64,000 nt of DNA from Planctomycetota bacterium (GCA_021776825.1 JAJFFG010000051.1:17283-81282), one strand, 5' to 3'. Counted from the stretch's first letter, positions 1-10,455 are shown. Notes: generated by a model not told the origin, from the sequence alone. Translations and numbers: made by a program.

Positions 1-265
1 ACGATCGTCGTCCTGCAGGAGCGCCGCCAATGCGGGCACCTTGTCGGAAGCGACGGCCGCGAGCTCCCAGGCGGCGCGCGAGCGCGCCTCCCAGCCAGCC
101 GCTGCGGTCTTGCCACGACGCGGCTTCGCCGCGGCCGCGTGATCGACCTTCCGGAAGGCCACGAGAGCCTCCTCGGCGCTGGCCGGCAGACGTGGAACGG
201 CGTCCGGTTCGGCCGCCGTTGCGGTCAATGCGAGGGCGGCGGTGACGAGCACGATCAGGGTGCGC
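1..265 (-). CDS. partial CDS (N-terminal part, continues beyond window start): secreted hypothetical protein with signal peptide
   Basis: Reverse-complement of 1-265 translates from ATG (rc of 263-265) as MRTLIVLVTAALALTATAAEP... with no stop before the window edge. Hydrophobic signal-peptide-like N-terminus. Not in the ORF track because it runs off the edge. Confidence 0.4.
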
Positions 266-501
266 ATGGAGATCTCCGAGGCGTTCCGATTCAAGGAGTC
301 ATCGGAAACCTGGCATCGTCGGGTTGAATCGCCCACCCGATGTCCTCTCCCCTCGTCTTCCCGATCTTCCCGCTCGAAGCGGTGCTGCTCCTCCCCGGGG
401 CGCTGCTCCCGCTGCACATCTTCGAGGCGCGCCTGAACTGAGAGGCCGCCCTCGTCGGCGACACGCGTCGTCACAGTGCCCCCGTCGGGGTAGAGTCCGG
501 C

Positions 502-1875
502 GTGCCCCACGAGACTGCGGCGGACCCGACGCTCCCCTCCGCACGAGGCGCGGTTCGGAACACGCTCGCCATCCTCGGCGGTCAGTCCGCCGGCATGCTC
601 GTCCGCACGCTCGGCACGCTGCTGCTGATCGCGCTGCTCCCCCGCGATGCGTACGGCGTGCTCACGGCGGCCATCGCGTTCGTGGACCCGATCCGATTCC
701 TCGCCGTCCTGAACCTCGACACGATCGCCATCCGCCAGGCCACCGTCGCGCCGCGCGACGCCGCTCGGATCGTCGGGACGCTCCTGCGGCTGCGTCTCGC
801 GCTCGCTGGTGTCGCGTTCCTCCTCGCAGGCGCGGCGGGGTTCCTCATTCGCGGCGCTGCGCCCGGCGGCGGCGTGGTCATCGTGTGCGCGGCTCTGCTC
901 CTGCTCCCGCAGGGGTTCCAGGGACCGTTCGAGGTCGCGTTCCAGGCTCGACAGCGCATGCGTCGCATCGCGGCGGTCCCGGCGCTCGCGGGCAGCGTGA
1001 ACCTCCTCGCCTTCGTCTGCCTGTGGAGGCTCGACGCACCGATCGCCTTCTACATCGCTGCGCCCGCGCTGGGCGACGCGGTCGGGTGCGCGGTCACGTG
1101 GCGCGTCCTCCGTCGCGACCTGACCGAATGGAACAAGTCGGCCGAGTTGAACAAGTCGGCCGAATCGAACGAGTCGGAGGTGTCGGAGGTGTCGGCCAGG
1201 GAGACGCGACTGGCAGGCGATGCCTCGATCGCGCGCGCCATGGTGCGCGACGGACTCCCGCTCGCATACGTGGGGCTCTTGACCGTGCTGTACACGCGCA
1301 TCGGGTTCTACCTGGTGGAGTGGAGTCATGGACTCGGCGACGTCGCGGACCTCGGCGTCGCCGTGAAGCTCTCGATGCCGTTGCTCCTGATCGGGTCGGC
1401 ACTCTCCGTGTCCGCTCAGCCCTACGCGACGAGGCTGGCCACGGAGGGGCGCTTCGACGACCTGCGACAGTTCTTTCGAACGACACTCGTCCGCGTGATC
1501 GGGACGCTGCTCCCCGTCGCCGTACTCGCCGCGCTCGTCGCGGAGCCCATGGCGCAATGGCTGAAGCCCGAGTACACCGGGGGCGCCCTGGCATTCCGCT
1601 GGCTGGTGTTCGGGGCGCTCTGGATGCTGGTCTGCCAGTTCTCCTCCGCGTGTCTGATCGCTCTCGAGCGCTATCGCGTCATCGCGTTGATGACGACGTT
1701 CAACCTGGTGCTCTTCCTCGCTCTCGCCATTCCCCTGACACCGTTGCTCTCCGCCGAGGGCGTCGCGGTGTCGACGTTCGTGATGGAGCTCGTCAACGCC
1801 GTGGTTCAGGTGACGATCGTCTTCTGCCTGCTCGGCCGCGGCGTGCCACGACTCGGCGCAGGACGCGGCGCATGA
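502..1875 (+). CDS. polysaccharide biosynthesis membrane protein, Wzx-like flippase (MOP superfamily)
   Basis: 457 aa, about 12 predicted hydrophobic segments, typical Wzx/MATE-like composition. Stop overlaps the start of the downstream GT4 gene (ATGA at 1872-1875). Contains an internal NKSAE/SEV low-complexity insertion encoded by a tandem DNA repeat around 1130-1200. Confidence 0.55.
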   Translation: MPHETAADPTLPSARGAVRNTLAILGGQSAGMLVRTLGTLLLIALLPRDAYGVLTAAIAFVDPIRFLAVLNLDTIAIRQATVAPRDAARIVGTLLRLRLALAGVAFLLAGAAGFLIRGAAPGGGVVIVCAALLLLPQGFQGPFEVAFQARQRMRRIAAVPALAGSVNLLAFVCLWRLDAPIAFYIAAPALGDAVGCAVTWRVLRRDLTEWNKSAELNKSAESNESEVSEVSARETRLAGDASIARAMVRDGLPLAYVGLLTVLYTRIGFYLVEWSHGLGDVADLGVAVKLSMPLLLIGSALSVSAQPYATRLATEGRFDDLRQFFRTTLVRVIGTLLPVAVLAALVAEPMAQWLKPEYTGGALAFRWLVFGALWMLVCQFSSACLIALERYRVIALMTTFNLVLFLALAIPLTPLLSAEGVAVSTFVMELVNAVVQVTIVFCLLGRGVPRLGAGRGA

Positions 1876-3068
1876 GTCGAGGATCGCCGCCGCGCCGCTA
1901 CGCCCTGGACGCCTCGCCGTTGCTCGGACGACGCACCGGCATCGGGCGCTACGTCGAGGAGCTGGTCGATCACTTCGTGCCGCTCCTGTGCGAGGACGAG
2001 CGGCTGACGCTGTTCGCCGGGACCTTCCGCCAGAACCCGCTCTTCGGGATCTCGCACGAGCCCCTGACCCGTCGCGCGCGCGCTGACCGACGCGTGCGAG
2101 TGCGCCGCTCGTGGCTGCCCTTCAGCGTGCTGCGGACAGGCTGGAACCTGCTCGACTGGCCGGGCGTCGATCGTCTAGCCGGGCGCCCGCACGTCTTTCA
2201 CGGGACGAACTACAGACTCCCACCACCCGGGCGAGCCGCGGGGATCGCGACGTTCCACGACATGGCGGTGCTGCGGTATCCGGACACCGTCCCGCCGGCC
2301 TTCCGTCAGTGGTTCCGCACGACTGTCGACGCCGCGGCACGTCGCGCGAGCTGGATCGTGGCCGACTCGGACGCCTCGCTGCGCGACACGCTCGAGCTGA
2401 CGGACGCCGACCCCGAGCGCATCACGTCGATCCCGCTCGCGGTCAGTGAGGCTTACCTGGTCCCAGGTGACCGTGATCAGGACCGGCGCCACATCGCGGA
2501 GCGCTACGGGATCACCCAGCCGTACGTGCTGTATGTCGGGACGACGCATCCTCGGAAGAACCTGCCACGGCTGTTGGACGCCTTCGCGAAGGCACGTGCC
2601 GCGGTGGACCTGCCGCATCGTCTCGTCCTCGTCGGCGACAAGGGCTTCGGTTCGGGCGACGTGCAGACCCGCGTCGCGCGCCTCGGCCTCGCCGACACGG
2701 TGTCCCTGCCCGGGTACGTCCCGGAGGACGACCTGCCGCGCTTCTATCGTGCGGCCGACCTGTTCGCGTTCCCGTCGCTGTACGAGGGCTTCGGGTTCCC
2801 CGTCCTCGAGGCGATGGCCACCGGCTGCCCCGTCGTCACGTCGTCGGTCTCGTCCCTGCCGGAGGTCGCCGGTGACGCGGCGCTGATGGTCGATCCGCTC
2901 GACGTCGACGGCATCGCCGAACGGATCGAGCAGGTTCTGACGCGACCCGAACTCGCCGCCGAACTCCGCGAGCTCGGACGTGAACAGGCGGCGCGCTTCT
3001 CGTGGCAACGGACCGCCGAGGCACACGTGGCCCTCTATCGCCGCCTCGCAGAGGAGAGTGAAGCGTGA
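1872..3068 (+). CDS. glycosyltransferase family 4 (GT-B fold, RfaG/WbaZ-like)
   Basis: C-terminal GT4 signature EGFGFPVLEAMATGCPVV...SLPEV. Forms the C-terminal third of the 914-aa ORF 324..3068, whose upstream part I reject. Confidence 0.85.
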   Translation: MSRGSPPRRYALDASPLLGRRTGIGRYVEELVDHFVPLLCEDERLTLFAGTFRQNPLFGISHEPLTRRARADRRVRVRRSWLPFSVLRTGWNLLDWPGVDRLAGRPHVFHGTNYRLPPPGRAAGIATFHDMAVLRYPDTVPPAFRQWFRTTVDAAARRASWIVADSDASLRDTLELTDADPERITSIPLAVSEAYLVPGDRDQDRRHIAERYGITQPYVLYVGTTHPRKNLPRLLDAFAKARAAVDLPHRLVLVGDKGFGSGDVQTRVARLGLADTVSLPGYVPEDDLPRFYRAADLFAFPSLYEGFGFPVLEAMATGCPVVTSSVSSLPEVAGDAALMVDPLDVDGIAERIEQVLTRPELAAELRELGREQAARFSWQRTAEAHVALYRRLAEESEA

Positions 3069-4195
3069 CGCGCCTTCACCTGGCGTTCGACGGGCTCACG
3101 ATCACCGCGCGCCCCGCCGGCGTCGGCAGTGCGGCACGAGAGATCCTGACGGGCCTGCTCGCTCTGCCCGACGGGCCGCGCATCACCGCAACGCTGCCGC
3201 GTGGGACCAGCCTATCGGCCGCCGCGCTGGGGTCCGACCGCCTCTCGGTCATCGAGGCTCCGGTCGACGGCCCCGACACGCCGCGCGCCCTGCTGCAGCA
3301 GCATGTGCGCCTGGCTCGACGACTCGCGGCGACGCGCCCCGACGCGTATCTCGGGCCGGCGTTCGTCCTACCGCTGCATCCGGTCCGGGCCCCGATGGCG
3401 GTCATCGTCTACGACGCCGCGTGGCGACGCTTCCCCGCGACGAAGACGCGCCGCTTCCGCGCGTACATGGATCGAGTGGTCCCGTCGTCCATGCGTCGCG
3501 CTGCCGCGGTCATCACGTGCTCGCGCTTCACCGCGGGCGAGTGTCGCGAGCTCGCACCCGACCTTCCGAACGAGCGACTTCACGTCGTGCCGCTCGGCGT
3601 GCCACCGCGTCCCGCCACCGCCGATCCCGGTAGCGTCCTCGAGGAGCTGGGCATACGTCGGCCATACGTCCTGGCCGTCTCGAACTTCGATGCGCGCAAG
3701 AACCTCCCGCGTCTCATCGATGCGTGGCGGACGCTGCGCGACATGTTCGCGTTCGAGACGACGCTCGTCCTCGTCGGCCACCCGGAGCGGGCGGCGCTGC
3801 TCCGCGCCGAGCGCGAGGTCGGTCCTCACGAACGCGTCGTGACCCCCGGCTACGTGAGTGACAGCCGGCTCGGGGCGCTGTACGCGGGAGCCGGGCTGGT
3901 CGTCGTGCCCAGCCTCTACGAGGGCTTCGGGTTCCCGGTGCTCGAAGCGTACGCCGCGGGAGCGCCCGTGGCGTGCGCGGAAGCGGGCAGCCTGCCGGAG
4001 GTCGCCGGCACGGCGGCGCTACTGTTCGATCCGACGGACGTGGCCGGCATGGCCCAGGCGATCGCCGAGGGACTCCGACCGAGCGCGGCGCGACAGCATC
4101 GCGTGGAGACCGGTCGTGAGATCGCAGCGAATCACTCTTGGGAGTCGACGGCGAGCGGCGTGCTCGACGTGCTGCGCGCGATCACTCGGGCGTGA
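3065..4195 (+). CDS. glycosyltransferase family 4 (second paralog)
   Basis: GTG start overlapping the previous stop (GTGA). Motif EGFGFPVLEAYAAGAPV...SLPEV. Confidence 0.85.
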   Translation: MTRLHLAFDGLTITARPAGVGSAAREILTGLLALPDGPRITATLPRGTSLSAAALGSDRLSVIEAPVDGPDTPRALLQQHVRLARRLAATRPDAYLGPAFVLPLHPVRAPMAVIVYDAAWRRFPATKTRRFRAYMDRVVPSSMRRAAAVITCSRFTAGECRELAPDLPNERLHVVPLGVPPRPATADPGSVLEELGIRRPYVLAVSNFDARKNLPRLIDAWRTLRDMFAFETTLVLVGHPERAALLRAEREVGPHERVVTPGYVSDSRLGALYAGAGLVVVPSLYEGFGFPVLEAYAAGAPVACAEAGSLPEVAGTAALLFDPTDVAGMAQAIAEGLRPSAARQHRVETGREIAANHSWESTASGVLDVLRAITRA

Positions 4196-5717
4196 AGACC
4201 ACGCCGGTGTTCAGCGCGTTCGACGCCTCTTCCGTAAAGCCGCCTGCGAAGAGAATGCGGCCATCGCGCAGCGCGGTCGCCGTGTGCTGGGAGCGCGACT
4301 TCTCGAGCACGACTTGCGTCCGAACGACGCGACCGGTCCCGGTGCCCGAGAAGTCCGGCAAGTAGAGATCCATGGACGACAGCGCAATGAAGTTGTCGCC
4401 CTGCTTGTCGAACCCACCGACGATCAGGACGCGGTTGCTCGGTAGCCGCGTTGCGGTCGCAAACGTGCGCCGCACGAAGCTGGCGCCGCCGGCATCGAAG
4501 AAGCGCTCCTGCGTGGAGTCGTAGAGCTCGAGCTTGCCCTGACCGCCGTCGGCGATCAGCACGGCGCCACCCTCGAGGTACGTCGCGGTGTGGAGCGAGC
4601 GCAGCCCGGCTGTGGGTGGACTGGTCGTGAACGTGAACGTCTCGCCTGACGGGTCGAAGAGCTCGGCCGTCGCTCCACTGGGACTTCCCGGCGGGTCGCC
4701 GCCGACGATGAGCACACGCCCGTCGTCCAAGAGCGTCATCGTGTGGCCGGCGCGGCGCTGGTTGGGACGACTGCGCGTGACACGCCACTCGCCGCGAGCC
4801 ACGTCGTAGATCTCGGCATCCAGGCTGAACTCGGCTCCGTTGGCGCCGTAACTCAGCCCGCCCATCACAAAGATGCGACCATCCGCCAGGTTGATGGCTC
4901 GGATGAAGTCACGCTCCTCGAGCATCGGTGGACCAGGCCGGAACGCACGCGCCGAGGGATCGTAAATCTCCGTCGAGGCGAGTGAGGAGGGAGCGGCGAT
5001 GGGGCCTCCGAACCCGCCGAGCAACATGACGGCTCCGCCGAGTTCGGCCGAGGTGTGGAACGCGCGCGGATCGATCAGCCGTGACCCGACGGCCCGGAAC
5101 TCGTCGGAAGCCGGGTCGAAGACGTCGGCGGTGTCCGTGATCTGGACGAAATCGGTCTGCCCACCCGCGAGGAGCACGGTGCCGTCGCGCATGCGCGTCG
5201 CCGTGTGGGCCGCACGGCCCTCGAACATCGCGCTCGTGAGCGTCCGGAACTGCTCCGGATGGAGGAAGGCAAACTGCTCGAAGGTCGGGTCGGTGAAGAA
5301 GTTTGCCTGCTTCTCGCGCTTCAGCACGCGGCCGTCGACGGACTGTATGCCGAAGCGAATGCGCACCTGGTAGTCGGTTCCCGGCTCGAAGAACGCCGTC
5401 GGCGAGAGGACGAGGACGCGATCGTTCTTCTCAAACCGCGCGTTCCACGATCGCGCCGTGCCGTTCAGACGGCAGAGGTGGATGGTCGACGGCGTGATGG
5501 AGGCGCGGTTGACGGGCCGCGAGAAGCGGATCCGGACCTCGGTCGTCGGGTCGACGAACTTCTTCCCGTGCCGCGGCTTGATGCGCTTGACCTTGATGAA
5601 GCGCTGCCGCTTCGCGGTCGGCTGGGAGCCGTCATCGGCGTGCGCCAGGCGAACGTCTGCGAACGCCAACAGCGCGAACGCTGCCAGAAGAGTCGCGATC
5701 CCAGTCCTGATCCTCAC
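4182..5717 (-). CDS. secreted Kelch-repeat beta-propeller protein with N-terminal Ig-like domain
   Basis: Signal peptide MRIRTGIATLLAAFALLAFA. Repeated GG-x-D/Y-x-W-like blades (VLLAGGQ, VMLLGGFGG, IFVMGGLSY, VLIVGGD, VLIADGGQ, VLIVGGFD, ILFAGGF) typical of Kelch/galactose-oxidase-type propellers. Confidence 0.7.
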   Translation of the reverse strand: MRIRTGIATLLAAFALLAFADVRLAHADDGSQPTAKRQRFIKVKRIKPRHGKKFVDPTTEVRIRFSRPVNRASITPSTIHLCRLNGTARSWNARFEKNDRVLVLSPTAFFEPGTDYQVRIRFGIQSVDGRVLKREKQANFFTDPTFEQFAFLHPEQFRTLTSAMFEGRAAHTATRMRDGTVLLAGGQTDFVQITDTADVFDPASDEFRAVGSRLIDPRAFHTSAELGGAVMLLGGFGGPIAAPSSLASTEIYDPSARAFRPGPPMLEERDFIRAINLADGRIFVMGGLSYGANGAEFSLDAEIYDVARGEWRVTRSRPNQRRAGHTMTLLDDGRVLIVGGDPPGSPSGATAELFDPSGETFTFTTSPPTAGLRSLHTATYLEGGAVLIADGGQGKLELYDSTQERFFDAGGASFVRRTFATATRLPSNRVLIVGGFDKQGDNFIALSSMDLYLPDFSGTGTGRVVRTQVVLEKSRSQHTATALRDGRILFAGGFTEEASNALNTGVVFTPE

Positions 5718-5819
5718 CCGAACAGCATAGCGCGGTCGGGCGTCCCGTGGGGACCCCGGTCTCCCGGAAACGCAACTTCGACCGAGGTCTCCGCCACCTC
5801 CGGGTGAGATCCGGCCGGG

Positions 5820-6512
5820 CTACGCCACCGGGGCGTCGAGCTCAGAGGCCTCGGCCTCCGCTGCCACGGCCGCGTCGGTGCTCACGGCCAGCTCGGCCTC
5901 GGGCATCGGAACCGACTCGACACCGTCAGCGTCGGACGAGACGTGTCGATCGAGGCGCTCGGCGGCGTCGAGCGCAGCGTGCGAGAGCGTCAGGAGCTCA
6001 GCGGTCGGCGCGCTACGCTCGACCGCGGCGATCACGGCGCGAGCGGACTCCAGCGTCATCTGGTTCATGCGGGTGACGCGCACCTGATCCTCGCGCAGCG
6101 CCTGGACCGTGACCGTCATCGCCTCGGCGACGTCGAGCATGTAGTCGCCCTCGCGGAACGTCACGCGCTCTGGGAAGCGACGCTGTGCGATCTGCGCCAG
6201 CACGGCCTTGACGCGATAGACGGGTCCGGCGAGGCGGTGCGTGAGGAAGACCCCGTGCACAGCCATGGCCACGAACGTCAGCGTGAGGGGCACGACGACG
6301 AAGCTCCCGAACGCGCGCAACTGCGAGACGGCCTCGGCGTACGCCGGGTCGCCGATCTTGGCGAACACGAGGTCGCTCATGGCGGCCGCGTTCGAGCCGA
6401 GCGCGAAGAGCACGATGTAGAAGTAGAGCCAGCTGACCAGATGCAGGCCGAGCCCGAGCTGGAGCTTCGGATCCACGAGCTTCTGACGACGTCGATGAGC
6501 AGTCTTGGACAT
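5820..6512 (-). CDS. membrane protein with two TM helices and a HAMP-like linker, no output domain
   Basis: Likely start MSKTAHRRRQKL (ATG rc at 6510-6512). The upstream part of ORF 5820..6968 is another frame of the downstream gene's tandem repeats and is rejected. TM helices LHLVSWLYFYIVLFAL and FVVVPLTLTFVAMAV, then a HAMP-like LAGPVYRVKAVLAQIAQRRFPERVTFREGDYMLDVAEAM segment. Confidence 0.45.
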   Translation of the reverse strand: MSKTAHRRRQKLVDPKLQLGLGLHLVSWLYFYIVLFALGSNAAAMSDLVFAKIGDPAYAEAVSQLRAFGSFVVVPLTLTFVAMAVHGVFLTHRLAGPVYRVKAVLAQIAQRRFPERVTFREGDYMLDVAEAMTVTVQALREDQVRVTRMNQMTLESARAVIAAVERSAPTAELLTLSHAALDAAERLDRHVSSDADGVESVPMPEAELAVSTDAAVAAEAEASELDAPVA

Positions 6513-6660
6513 GAGGGGACTCCGCGGTGCCGTGTCTCGCATCGGCACGATCCTCACCATCGCTTGAGCCCATCGACCCTGGCGGTGGGTGGCGGCCTCG
6601 CCGCCGCACGCGATCCGCGGCAGGCGATCCGCGGCAGGCGATCCGCAGCGACGTGTGCCG

Positions 6661-8004
6661 TCAGCGATCGTCGGCCGGGGGGACCGGCGCATCGTCGTCG
6701 GGAGTCGGCGCAGGCTCGTCGGGAGTCGGCGCAGGCTCGTCGGGAGTCGGCGCAGGCTCGTCGGGGCTCTCGCCAGCAGCATCGTCCCCCCCCTCCGGGG
6801 CGGCATCATCCGGCGCGGCATCATCCGGCGCGGCATCATCCGGCACGGCATCATCCGGCACGGCATCATCCGGCACGGCATCGGCTGGCGCGCCATCGAC
6901 CGGAGCCCGGCGCTTGGCACGGACCTTCTCGAGCCGGTCCTGGATGCGCTCGCCCTCCTCGACCTCACCCAGTTCGAAGAGGAAGCGGCCCAGCGAGCTC
7001 ATGATCGTCTCGTCCTCAGGAGAGAGACGGTGCGCCCGGCGCAGGATCTTGACGGCCTTGTAAGGCTCGCCGCGCTCCTTCTGGATCATGGCCAGGAGGA
7101 ACAGCCCGGCGGGCGCATCGCGACGGACGGCGAGGTAGCCCTCGGCGGCGCGCTCGCACTCGTCGAGGCGCCCCATCCGCAGGAGAACGCGGGCCTTGGC
7201 GACGAGCGTGTCGTCGAACGGGATACGTGTCGCTGACGCCTTCAGGATCGATCGGTCGAACGCATCGAGAGCGTCGTCCAAGCGCCCCATGTCGTTCAGG
7301 ACCTGACCCAGCGTGTGCCAGGCGCGGGCGGCATCGGGGTGCTCCTTGACGACGCCGAGGAGGATCTCCTCGGATCGCTTGCGCTCGTCGCGATGCCGAT
7401 GCGCGTCGGCCAGGTTGATCTTCGCGGCCACCTCGTCGCCGTGACCCGGTACGAGTTCGAGCGCAATCCCGATGTCCTCGATCGCCTCGTCGAACCGCGC
7501 GGCCTCGATCAGCATCCCCGCTCGGTTCACGAGCCCGCGGTAGTACCAGCGCCGCGCCATCTCGACGTCGAGGCCGACGGCCTCGGCGCCTTCGTACGCC
7601 TCCTTGAACATGTCGTGCGCGAGCGCGAAGTCACGATCGACCCACCGCAGCCGGCCGATGGCGAACGCCAGTCGCGCATCGCCCTTGCCGCCGCGCGAGA
7701 CGGCGTGCCGGATCAGATCCTCGGCCACCCGGTAGTGGCGAGACGTCTTGGTCAGGCCACCCGGGCGGGCGACGCCAGACTCGATCGCGAGGATCGCGGC
7801 ATCGGCCAGCTGGCCCATCGCGCTGGCCTTGATGGCAGCGCACGCGAACAGTTCCTCGACGGCCTCATCGACACGACCGGCCGCCAGAAGCTCGTCCGCA
7901 CGTGCTTGATGCCAGGCGAACCACTCGTCGGAGGTCTCCTCTCCCGCGTACGTGGGCGTGGCGAGGGACGCGAGGACGATCAGCAGCAGGGGGGCGATGC
8001 GCAT
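6661..8004 (-). CDS. secreted TPR-repeat protein with C-terminal acidic Pro-rich tandem repeats
   Basis: Signal peptide MRIAPLLLIVLASLATPTYA and multiple TPR-like helical repeats. C-terminus (DDAVP/DDAAP)x6 and (DEPAPTP)x3 is encoded by 15-bp and 21-bp DNA tandem repeats at about 6700-6900. Confidence 0.75.
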   Translation of the reverse strand: MRIAPLLLIVLASLATPTYAGEETSDEWFAWHQARADELLAAGRVDEAVEELFACAAIKASAMGQLADAAILAIESGVARPGGLTKTSRHYRVAEDLIRHAVSRGGKGDARLAFAIGRLRWVDRDFALAHDMFKEAYEGAEAVGLDVEMARRWYYRGLVNRAGMLIEAARFDEAIEDIGIALELVPGHGDEVAAKINLADAHRHRDERKRSEEILLGVVKEHPDAARAWHTLGQVLNDMGRLDDALDAFDRSILKASATRIPFDDTLVAKARVLLRMGRLDECERAAEGYLAVRRDAPAGLFLLAMIQKERGEPYKAVKILRRAHRLSPEDETIMSSLGRFLFELGEVEEGERIQDRLEKVRAKRRAPVDGAPADAVPDDAVPDDAVPDDAAPDDAAPDDAAPEGGDDAAGESPDEPAPTPDEPAPTPDEPAPTPDDDAPVPPADDR

Positions 8005-8030
8005 GGCGGCAGTCTACGGGACACCGCGCA

Positions 8031-9011
8031 TCACGGGATCCACGCCCGGGCGCGATACCACGCGGCCGTCTCGCGCAGTCCGTCATCCAGGGTGCGAGCC
8101 GGTTCCCAGCCTAGGTCCCGCCGGGCTCGGGAGACGTCGCACGCCCAGCCTGACGCCGTGAACTCGACGGCCTTGTCGCGCGAGAACTCGGGCACGCGGC
8201 CTCGAATCCGCGCGATCTCCTCCGCGACGACGCCCACGGCCTGGATGACGCACTCGGGGACGCGCACTGTCACGCCACGTCGACCGACCGCATCGGCGAT
8301 CTTCTCCAGCACGGCGTCGATCGGCAGGCTGCCTGGATTGGCGAGGTAGTACGTGCGCCCGGCGGCCGACGGCGCCTCGAGGGCCTGCCGCAGACCGACG
8401 GCGAGATCCGCGCCGTGCACGATGGAGACCCGACGCGGGCGCGTGCCGATGCGAAGGCGCACGCCGCGCGCCGCCGCTCGAAACAGGTCCAGGATGCCGC
8501 GGTCCCATGGCCCGTAGACCGCCGGCGGACGGATGACGGTGAGCTCGACCTGACCGGGCAGCGCGCGTCGGGCCGCGTGCTCCCCGAGCAGTTTCGTGAG
8601 GCCGTAGCGGCTGACGGGACGGTCGTCGTCCTCCTCCGACACGCCCCGATCGACGCTCGGCCCGCCGGCTGCCAGCGACGAGACCAGGAGGAAGCGTCGC
8701 ACGGTGCCCGCGGCCGCGCAGGCAGCCGCCAGGCGTGCCGCCCCACCCTCGTTCACCGCCCGCATTGCCTCGAACGAGCGTGCCGTGATCAGCCCAGCGA
8801 CGTGAACCACGGCGTCGCAGCCCTGGAGCGCGTCTCGGAGGAGCAACGTCGAGGAGAGGTCTCCCACGACCAACTCGTGACCGGCGGCCGCCAGGTGCTC
8901 GGCGCGAGGCTCCGACCGCACGAGGCAGCGCAGATCGTGCCCCGCCCGCGCCAGCTCGTCGGCGGCGTGGCGGCCGACGAACCCCGTCGCTCCGGTGAGC
9001 AGCACCTTCAT
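8031..9011 (-). CDS. NAD-dependent epimerase/dehydratase (extended SDR); candidate CerR-like ceramide reductase
   Basis: Rossmann motif MKVLLTGATGFVGRH at the likely start, and a YxxxK-type catalytic region. Divergently adjacent to an Spt-like gene. Confidence 0.75.
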   Translation of the reverse strand: MKVLLTGATGFVGRHAADELARAGHDLRCLVRSEPRAEHLAAAGHELVVGDLSSTLLLRDALQGCDAVVHVAGLITARSFEAMRAVNEGGAARLAAACAAAGTVRRFLLVSSLAAGGPSVDRGVSEEDDDRPVSRYGLTKLLGEHAARRALPGQVELTVIRPPAVYGPWDRGILDLFRAAARGVRLRIGTRPRRVSIVHGADLAVGLRQALEAPSAAGRTYYLANPGSLPIDAVLEKIADAVGRRGVTVRVPECVIQAVGVVAEEIARIRGRVPEFSRDKAVEFTASGWACDVSRARRDLGWEPARTLDDGLRETAAWYRARAWIP

Positions 9012-9262
9012 CGAGCCTCGCGACCTCCTGGACATGTGACCCTGCGCGCACGGGCATTCGAACGTCTAACGCCGCCCCGTCCAAGGCCTGCAGTCAGGCG
9101 GCTTCCTCAACGCCGCACGAGCCTCCAAACACATTGACACGCAATCGCGACGCTCCCTACCCTCCGTCCGCGCCTGACCTTGCGTGCGTCGCAGTGACGC
9201 ACCGCCGCCGCGAAGACCGCTTCGGCCACCGTCGCAACGGGCGCACAGCGAGAGACCGCCCG

Positions 9263-10452
9263 TGGATCTGTTCGAGAAGTGCAACCGTTTCGATCGCGCG
9301 AACGCGCTGAAGCGGCAGGACCTCTATCCGTACTTCCTCGAGATCTCCGAGAACCACGCGGAGGAGGTCGTCTGCGAAGGCCGGTCGATGATCATGATCG
9401 GCTCGAACAACTACCTCGGGCTGACGCATCATCCGCGTGTCAAAGAGGCCGCTGTCGAGGCCGTCCGACGCTACGGATCGGGATGCACGGGCTCGCGCTT
9501 CCTCAACGGGACGCTGGACCTCCACAACGAGCTCGAGCGGCGACTGGCGCGTTTCGCCCGCAAGGAAGCGGCGCTGACCTTCTCGACGGGGTTCCAGGTG
9601 AACCTGGGCGTGATCTCCACGCTGGCCGGCAAGAACGACGTGATCCTCTGCGACCGCGAGAACCACGCGTCGATCTTCGACGGTTGCCGGCAGTCGTACG
9701 CGACGCTGCGCAAGTACCGCCACAGCGACATGGAGGACCTCGAGCGCCAGCTCGCGATGGTCCCCGAGCACGCGGGCCGCATGATCGTCACCGACGGTGT
9801 CTTCTCGATGAAGGGCGACCTCTGCGACCTGCCGAGCATCGTGCGACTCGCGCGCAAGTACGGCGCGCGGATCGTGCTCGACGATGCCCACGGCATCGGC
9901 GCTCTGGGTGTGGGCGGCCGCGGCACGGCGGAGCACTTCGGGCTCGAGGACGACGTCGACCTCGTCGTCGGGACGTTCTCGAAGTCGCTCGCGTCGCTCG
10001 GCGGCTTCGTCGCCGGCCAGGCGAACGTGATCGACTACGTGAAGCACACCGCCCGGGCGTTGATGTTCTCGGCGTCGCCGGCGCCGGCCTCCGCTGCCGC
10101 CACGCTGGCCGCGCTCGACATCGTCGAGAACGAGCCAGAGCGTCGCGCACGCCTCTGGTCGAACGTGCGTCGGATGTGCAAGGCGTTCCTCGAACTCGGC
10201 TACGACGTCGGAATGAGCAAGTCGCCCATCATCCCGATCCCGGTCGGGGGAGACGTCGAGACCTTCCGCTTCTGGCGACAGCTCCACGAAGAGGGGATCT
10301 TCACGAACCCCGTGGTGTCGCCCGCGGTGGCGGCCGGCGAGGGGCTTCTGCGCACGTCGTACATGGCGACGCACACGATCGAGGAGCTCGACCGCGTCAT
10401 CGAGGTGTTTGCGCGCCTCGGGCGAGCGGCCGGGCTCCTGCACGTCGCGTAG
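9263..10452 (+). CDS. alpha-oxoamine synthase, serine palmitoyltransferase (Spt)-like PLP enzyme
   Basis: Motifs GSNNYLGL and DDAHG. The PLP-lysine motif VGTFSKSLASLGGFV is the Spt form (GTFSKS, versus GTLGKA in KBL or GTLSKA in BioF). C-terminal RERLWSN-like region. Probable GTG start at 9263 (VDLFEKCNRF); the ORF track's maximal start is 9184. Confidence 0.85.
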
Positions 10453-10455
10453 GCG

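Noticed and set aside
324-3068. 914-aa ORF spanning flippase region and GT4 gene
   Set aside because: Only the last roughly 400 aa (from ATG 1872) look like a protein (GT4). The upstream part is an Arg/Pro-rich alternative frame overlapping the better Wzx-like ORF 502-1875. High GC suppresses stop codons.
5820-6968. N-terminal extension (MPCRMM repeats) of the HAMP-protein ORF
   Set aside because: Third frame of the same tandem repeats. A clean start (MSKTAHRRR) exists at 6512 with normal composition after it.
5943-7004. 353-aa plus-strand ORF with ESAQARR and ARHHP perfect repeats
   Set aside because: Antisense or out-of-frame reading of the 15/21-bp tandem repeats inside the TPR gene (6661-8004). 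Composition is non-protein-like.
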